A stretch of 32,000 nucleotides of DNA from an uncultured Methanosarcinales archaeon (GTDB taxonomy: Archaea > Nanobdellota > Nanobdellia > Woesearchaeales > JAHJBD01). The stretch spans positions 1-32,000 of the forward strand of contig CAZHRT010000010.1 in the NCBI GenBank assembly GCA_964534665.1, in the 5' to 3' direction. The stretch's first letter is position 1, and every line of letters starts with the position of its first letter. This document shows, piece by piece, positions 1 to 7,792 of this stretch. A program made the translations under genes and the position numbers. Below the pieces are notes generated by a model, which had not been told where the DNA came from, made no database searches, and saw only the letters and a program-made list of their open reading frames with translations.

Positions 1-1072
1 GTGTGCTGATGATTCCTACAACTGCTATCAATGTTAAAGGTGTTTGTCCTGCTAATACGCTAATTGTCCATTTAAAGAATCCAAGAATAGAAAACCATTC
101 AAAAAAGAATTTTAAGACCAATGGACTGAAATATATGCCTTTAGCTAAAAAATATTTTGTATAGCCATCAACTACTTGGTAAATTGTAAAGCTACCCATT
201 ATCACTGCTTGTACATAATTAAATAAAAATAATGGTAAAGTATAAATGTCGATTATAGCAGTATTTATTTTCAAGTGTTTCTTGAAGATGTCAATTATGC
301 CCCTTGCAAACCTTGTACGCTGTCTAAGAACACCTTTGGGCTTGTAAGGCATGTTTGTTTCAGCTATTGCTTTTGAAGAAAAACCAATTTTATAACCTTT
401 TCTAATCAGTCTAATGGTAATATCAATATCTTCTGAAAAGCCCTTAACACTAAAACCCCCTACCCCTAGAAGTTCTTTTTTTCTATAAACGCCTAATGGT
501 CCAGGAGTTACAATATTTGCATTAAGTTTTGAAAATATTTGTCTAATTAAAGAATTATATAATTGTTCAAGATCAAACCACATACAAATAAAGCGTTTTC
601 TGTTTTTAACCTTAATAACACAGGAAGCTGCAGCAACATTCTTTCTTTCAACTTCTTTAGTAGTATAGATTAATGCGTCTTCACTTATAACGCTGTCACC
701 ATCAACAATTGCTATTAATTCTCCTTTAGAAACAGATATTGCTTGATTAATTGAAGCTGATTTTCCTGTATGTGGTGTTTTGATTAGCTTAACTTCTGGA
801 AATTTTAATGCAATCTCTGAGGTTTTATCCTTACTACCATCATCTACAACAATAATCTCTTTTTCACCGTGAAATCTAGCTTTAATTACAGATTTTATAC
901 ATTGAGCGATATAACGTTCTTCGTTATGTGCTGGAATAATCACAGATATAGAATTAAATTTTCTTACTAGTTTAGGTTTCTTTTTTTTAATGAATAATAA
1001 AACATAATAAGAAAGAACAACAATAAAAAAAACTATTGTAATTATATTTGGAATACTTTCAAGAAGACTCAT
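1..1072 (-). CDS. Family-2 glycosyltransferase, processive membrane-integrated type (N-terminus complete, C-terminal end runs off the window)
   Basis: My own minus-strand translation from the ATG at 1072 gives MSLLESIPNIITIVFFIVVLSYY...SVIIPAHNEERYI...IIVVDDGSKDKT...AIVDGDS...GFSEDIDITIRL...LRQRTRFARG, followed by hydrophobic helices. The frame stays open to position 1. It is absent from the supplied ORF track because it is truncated. The ATG lies 14 nt inside the end of the upstream GT2 gene. Confidence 0.8.
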   Translation of the reverse strand, partial: MSLLESIPNIITIVFFIVVLSYYVLLFIKKKKPKLVRKFNSISVIIPAHNEERYIAQCIKSVIKARFHGEKEIIVVDDGSKDKTSEIALKFPEVKLIKTPHTGKSASINQAISVSKGELIAIVDGDSVISEDALIYTTKEVERKNVAAASCVIKVKNRKRFICMWFDLEQLYNSLIRQIFSKLNANIVTPGPLGVYRKKELLGVGGFSVKGFSEDIDITIRLIRKGYKIGFSSKAIAETNMPYKPKGVLRQRTRFARGIIDIFKKHLKINTAIIDIYTLPLFLFNYVQAVIMGSFTIYQVVDGYTKYFLAKGIYFSPLVLKFFFEWFSILGFFKWTISVLAGQTPLTLIAVVGIIST

Positions 1073-2315
1073 TTTCTATTACGTCTGTATTAGCAATTTT
1101 TGGAGTACAGTACCAATGTAGCTTTTGATTAAGTGCAGCTTTAATAAATGCAATAGAATTTGAGACTGCCAAAACAAGCCCCATTGTAAATAAAGATAAA
1201 ATTAGGTGAAAAAATTCATTCATTTTCTTACGTTTGATAAGGGTTACTATCCCTGCAAACATAAATCCTGCTGTTAATAATATTCTTACCCAAAAGACTT
1301 GGAAATCTACAAGTGTAAAAAGTTTAAGTTCTCCGAGAAACCATCCTGCAAAACCAAATACAGTCATCAAAATAACAACTACTGTTGATGAATTTGATAA
1401 AGTTGTAAATAAAATAACCAGTTTTTGTTTAAATGAAAGTGCTTTACTAAAAAGTATAAGTTTAGCATTATCAAAAAATACTCTTGCATTACCATAACAC
1501 CATCTCTGCTGTTGTTTTAAGAAACTTTCAAATGTGTCTGGAACTTCGCTAGGTGTTTCATAATCAAGATAAACGCTTTTATAGCCTGCAACCAACAATT
1601 TAACACTTAACTCTGAATCTTCTGTAATACTTTTTGTGTTCCAGCCACCAACTTTATCGAATGCTGAACGCCTTAATGCTCCTGCTGTACCACAAAAGAA
1701 TACACAATTTATTTTATCGTTAATTGGTAAAACAATTGTATGGTATATCATTAAAAGATATGATGCAAATCTTGAAATGTTATTTGTTTTGGCATTATAA
1801 AATCCTTGCCTAGTCTGAACAATAGCAACTTTTTTGTCTGAGAATGGTTTAATAATGGTTTTAAGATAATCTTTTTTAGGAATCCAATCAGCATCAAAAA
1901 CAGTAATTATTTCACCTTTTGTAATATCCATTGCATTATTCAATGCACCTGGTTTAAACCCTTCCCGATTATCCCTATGTATATATTTGATGAAATTAGG
2001 ATTATCATCTGCGAATTTTTTAAGAAGTGATTGGGTTTTTTTATCAGTACTATCATCAACAATAACAATCTCATATTTATTCTTAGGATAATCAAATTGC
2101 ATACATTTTTTTATGCATCTAGCACCAATTGGATCATTAAATGTAGGGACTTGAACTGAAATAAAAGGAAGTGACTTTAATGGTTTAAATGCCCTTTCTT
2201 TTTTACGATCAACTGCAAGATTAATAATTGTTAATATAAAAAACAAAGCTGAAAAGAAAACAACAGGGAATAATGCAATATTATACATTAATATTGATAA
2301 CTCGTATGAACTCAT
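1059..2315 (-). CDS. Family-2 glycosyltransferase, processive polysaccharide-synthase type (cellulose/chitin/PNAG-synthase-like)
   Basis: 418 aa. N-terminal TM helix, then VQVPTFNDP, IVIVDDSTD, VFDADW, QTRQGF, ITEDSELS and the Q(Q/R)xRW-type motif QQQRWCYG. Four or more C-terminal TM helices follow. Confidence 0.85.
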   Translation of the reverse strand: MSSYELSILMYNIALFPVVFFSALFFILTIINLAVDRKKERAFKPLKSLPFISVQVPTFNDPIGARCIKKCMQFDYPKNKYEIVIVDDSTDKKTQSLLKKFADDNPNFIKYIHRDNREGFKPGALNNAMDITKGEIITVFDADWIPKKDYLKTIIKPFSDKKVAIVQTRQGFYNAKTNNISRFASYLLMIYHTIVLPINDKINCVFFCGTAGALRRSAFDKVGGWNTKSITEDSELSVKLLVAGYKSVYLDYETPSEVPDTFESFLKQQQRWCYGNARVFFDNAKLILFSKALSFKQKLVILFTTLSNSSTVVVILMTVFGFAGWFLGELKLFTLVDFQVFWVRILLTAGFMFAGIVTLIKRKKMNEFFHLILSLFTMGLVLAVSNSIAFIKAALNQKLHWYCTPKIANTDVIENESS

Positions 2316-3004
2316 ATTGCTTCACCAGCACTAAATAGTTTTTGTATAATCATTCTTCTAAAAGGGGTGTAAGCAGGTATGCCTTCCATTTTTTGGTTAG
2401 GTAAACCTTCTGAAACTAAAAATAGCTTCTGTTTAACACCGATTATGTTTAATCTTTTCATTTCTAACATATCTTGATTTATTTGATCAAAATTATTGTT
2501 TTGTATGCAACTATTCAATTTATCTTTTGAAAGATTATACTTTTGATGGTTTATCTCTTTTGTTTTCATTAAATCAAAAGAGATATTATAATAATTTTTT
2601 TGATCTAACATTGAAACACAAAATAACGTCTTAGTAAAGATAAAACGCGAATTTCTTGTTTCAACGTCTTTATTGGTAATATAATATTTCTGATAATAAT
2701 TAATTTTTCCTGAATTTATAAATTCTTCCTTTATTTGAGGCATTATCCCCTCTATAAAGTTTTTTGTTTCTTCTGACCCTATATCTAGATAGCTAATTAA
2801 TGTTACGGGAGCATCTTGATTACCTAAAAAACTAAAGAATTTTGTTGAAGGGATATCATCTTTAATCAAACCCCCAAAATCAAGAGTTTCTAATTGTTTC
2901 TTAAATTCAGGATTTTTATCAATTTCTCTTTGATATAAAGTATTTGCAGAAATAATAACAAATGTGATTATAAATATTAATAGTAAGATATTTGTTATTT
3001 TCAT
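2312..3004 (-). CDS. Membrane-anchored DsbA/thioredoxin-like fold protein lacking the CxxC redox motif (function unknown)
   Basis: 230 aa with an N-terminal signal anchor (MKITNILLLIFIITFVIISA). GNQDAPVTLISYLDIGSEETKNF aligns by eye to the DsbA-family pattern G.pdAPvtiveFsDfqCPyC, but GSEE replaces CxxC. There is a 4-nt overlap with the downstream GT2 gene. Confidence 0.45.
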   Translation of the reverse strand: MKITNILLLIFIITFVIISANTLYQREIDKNPEFKKQLETLDFGGLIKDDIPSTKFFSFLGNQDAPVTLISYLDIGSEETKNFIEGIMPQIKEEFINSGKINYYQKYYITNKDVETRNSRFIFTKTLFCVSMLDQKNYYNISFDLMKTKEINHQKYNLSKDKLNSCIQNNNFDQINQDMLEMKRLNIIGVKQKLFLVSEGLPNQKMEGIPAYTPFRRMIIQKLFSAGEAI

Positions 3005-3006
3005 TC

Positions 3007-3522
3007 TCAGTCTCTTTGTTTAATTGAATCTTTAGAGATTTTATGGGATTTATGCATTTTCATTCCAATAGAGAAAATAAAAATGGACCATATCAAAAGA
3101 GATATTGCTATATATGGAACAAAAGAAAATAAGAGCAAAGGATATGTAGAGTAAAGCATTATCTTTAATAATTCTGTATATTTAAGTTTTTTATAAAAAA
3201 TCTTAATTATTGTGCTAATAATGAACATTAGGAATGTTCCAACCATTAAATAAGAGAAAATCAATGAAAAAGATTCTACCATACGATAATTAATTATAAC
3301 TGCATAATCAACTTCTAAGGTTCTAGTTAAATCAAAGAATAATGTTCTTCCTAATGAGAATAATAAATTAACTGCTCCGGCAACAAATGCAATTACTAAT
3401 AATAGTCGTAGATAAGCGCCTACAACATATTCTAAGGTTTTCTTATTTAGAAAAATAAAGCCTTTTTCAGGATTCTTAAGTAATTGAATTCCTTCAGTGA
3501 TATATGTTTTAATTGATGTCAT
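3007..3522 (-). CDS. Polytopic membrane protein (Yip1-domain-like, tentative)
   Basis: 171 aa with a short soluble N-terminus and then 4-5 predicted TM helices. It is the first gene of the minus-strand operon ending in the two GT2 genes. The family assignment is only a resemblance. Confidence 0.5.
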   Translation of the reverse strand: MTSIKTYITEGIQLLKNPEKGFIFLNKKTLEYVVGAYLRLLLVIAFVAGAVNLLFSLGRTLFFDLTRTLEVDYAVIINYRMVESFSLIFSYLMVGTFLMFIISTIIKIFYKKLKYTELLKIMLYSTYPLLLFSFVPYIAISLLIWSIFIFSIGMKMHKSHKISKDSIKQRD

Positions 3523-3585
3523 TTTAAGTACCTAATTTATATTCTAAAGAGTGCTAGTTGCATTTATAAAGGTTATTGAACAACG

Positions 3586-3647
3586 AGAAAATCTTAATCT
3601 ATAAAATAAAGATTTTCTGGTGTTAATAAAGTATAGGACTTTATTAA
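3586..3647. promoter_or_regulatory. Two perfect inverted repeats in the divergent intergenic region upstream of radB
   Basis: AGAAAATCTT (3586-3595) pairs with AAGATTTTCT (3609-3618) across a 13-nt spacer. TTAATAAAG (3623-3631) pairs with CTTTATTAA (3639-3647) across a 7-nt spacer. No gene ends here, so these are unlikely to be terminators. Confidence 0.3.
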
Positions 3648-3687
3648 CAAGGACAAATTATATAAAAAATCAAGTATTACTAGATAT

Positions 3688-4371
3688 ATGAACAAAATTC
3701 TATCAACTGGCTCAAACATTATTAATAATCTTCTTAATGGGGGATATGAAACAGATATAATAACTACAGTTTATGGTCCTGCTGCTTCTGGTAAAACATT
3801 ATTATGTTTATTATCTGCTGTAGAGGTTGCTCGTGCTAATAAAAAAGTGATATATATCGATACAGAAGGGGGATTTTCTGTTGAAAGATTAAAACAAGTA
3901 GCTCAAGATTATGAGAAAATTGTTAATAACATAGTGTTTTTTAGGCCTACAAACTTTAAAGAACAAAAGGGTGCTTTTGAAAAACTTAAAGATGCTATTA
4001 ATGATAATGTTGGATTGATTATTGTAGATAGTATAGGTATGTTATACAGGATTGAGTTGGGTAAAAGTAAAGATGTTTATGATGTTAACAAAGATTTGGG
4101 GCTTCAAATATCATTTTTAACAGAAATTGCTAGAAAAAAGAATATTCCAATACTTATCACAAATCATGTTTATGCTGATTTTGATAATAAGAACAATGTA
4201 AAGATGGTTGGGGGCGACCTATTAAAATATGGATCAAAGTGCCTTATTGAACTTAAAAAAATGCATACTGATAAACGTGCAGCAATCGTTAAAAGGCATA
4301 GAAGTATTGAGCCTGAAAGAAATGTATTATTTAGAATAGTAGAAAAGGGTATTGATAAAAGTAACGATTAA
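3688..4371 (+). CDS. radB: RadB, archaeal RecA-family paralogue (core ATPase only)
   Basis: 227 aa with Walker A GPAASGKT and a Walker B-like LIIVDS. It lacks an N-terminal HhH domain, whereas a full RadA is present at 25540-26595. Confidence 0.8.
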   Translation: MNKILSTGSNIINNLLNGGYETDIITTVYGPAASGKTLLCLLSAVEVARANKKVIYIDTEGGFSVERLKQVAQDYEKIVNNIVFFRPTNFKEQKGAFEKLKDAINDNVGLIIVDSIGMLYRIELGKSKDVYDVNKDLGLQISFLTEIARKKNIPILITNHVYADFDNKNNVKMVGGDLLKYGSKCLIELKKMHTDKRAAIVKRHRSIEPERNVLFRIVEKGIDKSND

Positions 4372-4407
4372 GAAGCTTTTTAAATGCAACAAATATTCAC
4401 TGAATAA

Positions 4408-5931
4408 ATGGGAACTGAATTTAAAGAAAGGAAAAAAGCCTTAACTGATAAAGAAGGGGTTAAGAAACAGCATGCAAAAGGTAAATTAACTGCTCAAGAA
4501 AGAATTGATCTTCTTTTAGATGATGATTCGTTTACTGAACTTGGTGGTTTTGCTGAATTACAAAGCCATGATTTTAATCTTAAAGAAAAAAGTAGGGCTA
4601 GAGATGGTGTAATAACAGGATATGGTACTATTGGAGGCAATCCAATTTATGTTTATGCACAAGATTTTACTTTTATGGGTGGATCAATGGGTGAGATGCA
4701 TAATCATAAAATTGCTGAACTCATGGATACTGCACTTAAAACCGGTGCACCAATTGTTGGTTTACTTGATTCTGGTGGTGCAAGGATTCAAGAAGGGATT
4801 AATGGTTTAGATGGTGGTGGTAAAATCTTCTTAAGAAATACACTAGCTTCTGGTATTATTCCACAAATTAGTGCGATTATGGGGCCTTGTGCAGGAATTG
4901 CTGTATATTCACCAGCTATTACTGATTTTATTTTTATGATTGATAAAACAAGTAATATGTTTATTACTGGTCCAGATGTTATAAAATCTGTTACTGGAGA
5001 AACAATAAGTTTTGATGATTTAGGTGGTCAAAACGCACATTCAAGAAAAAGCGGAGTATGTCATTTTGAGACTGGAAGCGAAAAAGAGTGTATATTAAAA
5101 ATTAAGAAATTGTTAAGTTACCTGCCACAAAATAACATGGCTAATCCTCCATTAAAAAATACTGGAGATAACACAAAAAGGTTAAATAATAATCTTAAAG
5201 ATATTGTACCAAATGATTCAAAGAAATCTTATGATGTTAGAGATGTTTTAAAAGAAGTTTTTGATAAGAATTCATTTTTTGAAGTTCAAGAAAACTATGC
5301 ACAAAATATTGTAATAGGATTTGCAAGATTAAATAATAATGTTGTTGGTTTAGTTGCTAACCAACCTTGTGTTTTAGCAGGGTGTTTAGACATTAATTCA
5401 TCTGATAAGATTGCACGTTTTGTAAGATCTTGTGATAGTTTTAATATTCCTTTAATTAATATGGTAGACGTAACTGGATTTTTACCAGGAACAGACCAAG
5501 AACACAAGGGAATAATTAGGCATGGTGCAAAGATATTATATGCATATTCTGAAGCAACCGTTCCAAAAATATCATTAGTTATGAGAAAAGCATATGGTGG
5601 GGCGTACATAGCTCTTGTTTCAAAAGATATGGGTTATGACAAAGTAATTGCTTGGCCAGATGCTGAGATTGCGGTAATGGGTGCTGAACAAGCTGTTAAT
5701 ATAATTAATAGAAAAGAATTACTAGGAAAAGATGCTGATAAAATCAGAAAAGAAAAAGTTAAAGAATATTCAGAGAAATTCTTAAATCCATATGTTGCAG
5801 CAGAACAAAATAAAGTAGATATAATTATTGATCCAAGTGAAACAAGAAAAACACTTATTTCTGTATTAGATATGTTGATGAATAAGAGGGTAAGAAGACC
5901 TTCAAAAAAACACGGCAGTATACCATTATAA
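4408..5931 (+). CDS. Acyl-CoA carboxylase carboxyltransferase subunit (PccB/AccD5/12S family, fused alpha-beta CT)
   Basis: 507 aa. It shows FTFMGGSMG, GPCAGIAVYSPAITDF, RFVRSCDSFNIPLINMVDVTGFLPG and RKAYGGAYIA, which are typical of the two crotonase-like CT halves. Confidence 0.9.
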   Translation: MGTEFKERKKALTDKEGVKKQHAKGKLTAQERIDLLLDDDSFTELGGFAELQSHDFNLKEKSRARDGVITGYGTIGGNPIYVYAQDFTFMGGSMGEMHNHKIAELMDTALKTGAPIVGLLDSGGARIQEGINGLDGGGKIFLRNTLASGIIPQISAIMGPCAGIAVYSPAITDFIFMIDKTSNMFITGPDVIKSVTGETISFDDLGGQNAHSRKSGVCHFETGSEKECILKIKKLLSYLPQNNMANPPLKNTGDNTKRLNNNLKDIVPNDSKKSYDVRDVLKEVFDKNSFFEVQENYAQNIVIGFARLNNNVVGLVANQPCVLAGCLDINSSDKIARFVRSCDSFNIPLINMVDVTGFLPGTDQEHKGIIRHGAKILYAYSEATVPKISLVMRKAYGGAYIALVSKDMGYDKVIAWPDAEIAVMGAEQAVNIINRKELLGKDADKIRKEKVKEYSEKFLNPYVAAEQNKVDIIIDPSETRKTLISVLDMLMNKRVRRPSKKHGSIPL

Positions 5932-5932
5932 A

Positions 5933-6313
5933 ATGGAAGAAATAAAAGTAAATATTGATGGTGAAGAGCATAGTGTCCAAGTTGAAGAGTTAGAAGATGG
6001 TAAATTAAGGGTTATGCTTGAGGGTTCTGTTTTTGATATTGAAACAAAACAAGATATTAAAGAAGAAATTATTGAAGAAAAGTCTAAAAAAGGTGAAGAA
6101 GAAGGAGTTGTTGTTGCACCTTTGCCTGGAACAGTGGCATCTATTTCTAAAAAAGTTGGTGATAAAGTTAAGAAAGGAACTTCAATACTAAAATTAGTTG
6201 CCATGAAGATGGAAAACGACATAAAATCTAATAAAGATGGTGTTATTAAAGAAATTAAGATTAAAAAGAATGATACTGTTAATAAGGGAGATATTTTAGT
6301 AATAGTAGATTAA
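5933..6313 (+). CDS. accB: Biotin carboxyl carrier protein (stand-alone biotinyl domain)
   Basis: 126 aa. The C-terminal biotinyl/lipoyl-type domain carries the canonical biotinylation motif in LVAMKMEN. It starts 1 nt after the CT stop. Confidence 0.85.
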   Translation: MEEIKVNIDGEEHSVQVEELEDGKLRVMLEGSVFDIETKQDIKEEIIEEKSKKGEEEGVVVAPLPGTVASISKKVGDKVKKGTSILKLVAMKMENDIKSNKDGVIKEIKIKKNDTVNKGDILVIVD

Positions 6314-6456
6314 GATGCTTCTAAACTTGGTTGTTGTACTTTGATTTTAACCCCATTTCTTTGAAGTTGAGCTATAAGTCTCTTATTTTCTTTTGTAATA
6401 GCTTCTTCTTGAAAATGATAAATCATCTCATTTAGTTCTTCAATCTCTTCCATCAT
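6310..6456 (-). CDS. Small 48-aa ORF (hypothetical, helical/charged)
   Basis: My own translation gives MMEEIEELNEMIYHFQEEAITKENKRLIAQLQRNGVKIKVQQPSLEAS. Its ATG overlaps the TGA of the upstream 75-aa membrane-protein gene (ATGA). It is below the ORF-track length cutoff and I recognise no homology. Confidence 0.3.
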   Translation of the reverse strand: MMEEIEELNEMIYHFQEEAITKENKRLIAQLQRNGVKIKVQQPSLEAS

Positions 6457-6680
6457 TTTCCCCTCGTATTACTTCCTAATAGAATTCCTGATAACACATT
6501 AAGTGCCCATGCTTGAAAAACATTTATAAAATATAATTTTCCAAAAACAAAGTTCCATAACCACATAACTGGAAATGCTAGAATTAAGCCAACTATTGCG
6601 CTTAATACTACAATAAGAAGCATTGTGTAGAAAAGATCTACAATCTTTTTTAAGACTGGAACTCTTTTTAATATCCCCAT
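6453..6680 (-). CDS. Small two-TM membrane protein (hypothetical)
   Basis: 75 aa with two clear hydrophobic helices (LLIVVLSAIVGLILAFPVMWLW and AWALNVLSGILLG). An AT-rich promoter-like region lies upstream. The alternative-frame ORF 6499-6699 was rejected. Confidence 0.5.
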   Translation of the reverse strand: MGILKRVPVLKKIVDLFYTMLLIVVLSAIVGLILAFPVMWLWNFVFGKLYFINVFQAWALNVLSGILLGSNTRGK

Positions 6681-6744
6681 GATTTATGTAAACACACACT
6701 TGTTTTTAAAGTTTTTGAAAAAAGATATAAATGAGTAGATATTA

Positions 6745-7137
6745 ATGGTTTTTATGAATATAACAAAGCACAGGGTTAGGTATGCAGACACTGATCATTT
6801 TGGGGTTGTGTATTATGCTCGTTATTTAGATTGGTTTGAAGCTGGTAGAACAGAAATTTTGCGTGATCAAGGAATTACATACGCCGATTTAGAAAAAAAA
6901 GGTATGTTTGCCCCTGTTGTTGAGATTAAAGTTGAATATAAGAAACCTGCTAAGTATGATGATGTAGTTGAATTAGAAACTACGATAGATAAGATAGGGA
7001 ATTCTAGTATTAAGTTTAATTATAAAGTATTTAATTCTAAAAAAGAATTGTTGTGTGAAGCGTATACAGTTAATGTGTTTATTGATAAAGATATGAAACC
7101 TGTAAGAATTCCAGATAATATTCGTGCTATTGAATAA
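6745..7137 (+). CDS. Acyl-CoA thioesterase, hotdog fold (YbgC/4HBT class)
   Basis: 130 aa. RVRYADTDHFGVVYYARYLDWFEAGRTEILR matches the catalytic-Asp N-terminal region of YbgC-type thioesterases. The start could be the second ATG, at 6757 (MNITKH...). Confidence 0.85.
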   Translation: MVFMNITKHRVRYADTDHFGVVYYARYLDWFEAGRTEILRDQGITYADLEKKGMFAPVVEIKVEYKKPAKYDDVVELETTIDKIGNSSIKFNYKVFNSKKELLCEAYTVNVFIDKDMKPVRIPDNIRAIE

Positions 7138-7792
7138 AAACATCCCCTTCAATAATTTTAATTTTCTTGTTGTCTTTTTTTATTATTAAGAATCCCTCAT
7201 TGTCTAGATTGTATGCAATACCTTCAAAGGTTTTGTTCATTGTTTTAACTTTTACTTTATCTCCGAGGAAAGAATATTTCTTCCAATCTTCAAAAATTTT
7301 CTTTTTATTTATCTTCTTTGTATAAGAATTAAGATTTTTAATTAATGATTTAAGGATATTTTCTTTGTTAATTTCTTTTTTTAAAATGGATTTTAAATTA
7401 GTTGATTTTGTATTTAGATGTAAAGGGGTTTTATTGTTTACATTAATTCCAATTCCCACAATAGTTTTATCTTCAAGGTTTGTAGTAAGGATACCGCAAA
7501 CTTTTTTCTTTTCATAATATAAATCATTTGGCCATTTGATAACTGTTTTTATTTTAGTTATTTCTTTTACTGCTTTATACGCTGCTAAACAGCCAATAAA
7601 AGTGTACAGTTGTGGTTGATCAATCTTAGGTAGAACTATTGATAAATAAATTCCCCCTTTATTAGAACTCCAGGTTCTCTTAAAGCGACCATGACCGTTA
7701 GCTTGGGTCTCAGCAATTAAAATAGAACCAATAGAATAATCTTTTGCTAAATCGTTTGTAGAACTAATTTGTTTAAATTTAAAAATTGTCAT
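7127..7792 (-). CDS. birA: Biotin--protein ligase (class I, no DNA-binding domain)
   Basis: 221 aa. GHGRFKRTWSSNKGGIYLS corresponds to the GRGRxGRxWxSxxGxxLyxS biotinyl-AMP loop, and KWPNDL is also present. It overlaps the accC stop region by 14 nt and converges on the thioesterase gene with an 11-nt overlap. Confidence 0.85.
   Translation of the reverse strand: MTIFKFKQISSTNDLAKDYSIGSILIAETQANGHGRFKRTWSSNKGGIYLSIVLPKIDQPQLYTFIGCLAAYKAVKEITKIKTVIKWPNDLYYEKKKVCGILTTNLEDKTIVGIGINVNNKTPLHLNTKSTNLKSILKKEINKENILKSLIKNLNSYTKKINKKKIFEDWKKYSFLGDKVKVKTMNKTFEGIAYNLDNEGFLIIKKDNKKIKIIEGDVFIQ

Noticed and set aside
1234-1497. 87-aa plus-strand ORF
   Set aside because: It is antisense to the C-terminal TM region of the GT2 synthase gene.
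3688-5931. A functional link between radB and the carboxylase genes, given the 36-bp spacer
   Set aside because: The spacer contains its own TATA-like TTTTTAAA ~25 nt before the CT ATG. The genome is so compact that adjacency alone is not informative.
5295-6222. Minus-strand ORFs 5295-5609 and 5926-6222, and the plus-strand alternate-frame ORF 4622-4810
   Set aside because: They overlap the CT and BCCP genes, which carry clear family motifs. No independent support exists.
4408-6313. Reading CT+BCCP as a Na+-translocating methylmalonyl-/glutaconyl-CoA or oxaloacetate decarboxylase
   Set aside because: No membrane beta-subunit gene is present. An ATP-grasp biotin carboxylase and a biotin ligase lie 1.5 kb away, which favours an ATP-dependent carboxylase. 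This remains testable; see the findings.
6499-6699. 66-aa minus-strand ORF overlapping 6453-6680 in another frame
   Set aside because: The 75-aa frame encodes two clean TM helices and is coupled to a downstream ORF. The alternative frame is Ser/Cys-rich with no structure-like pattern.
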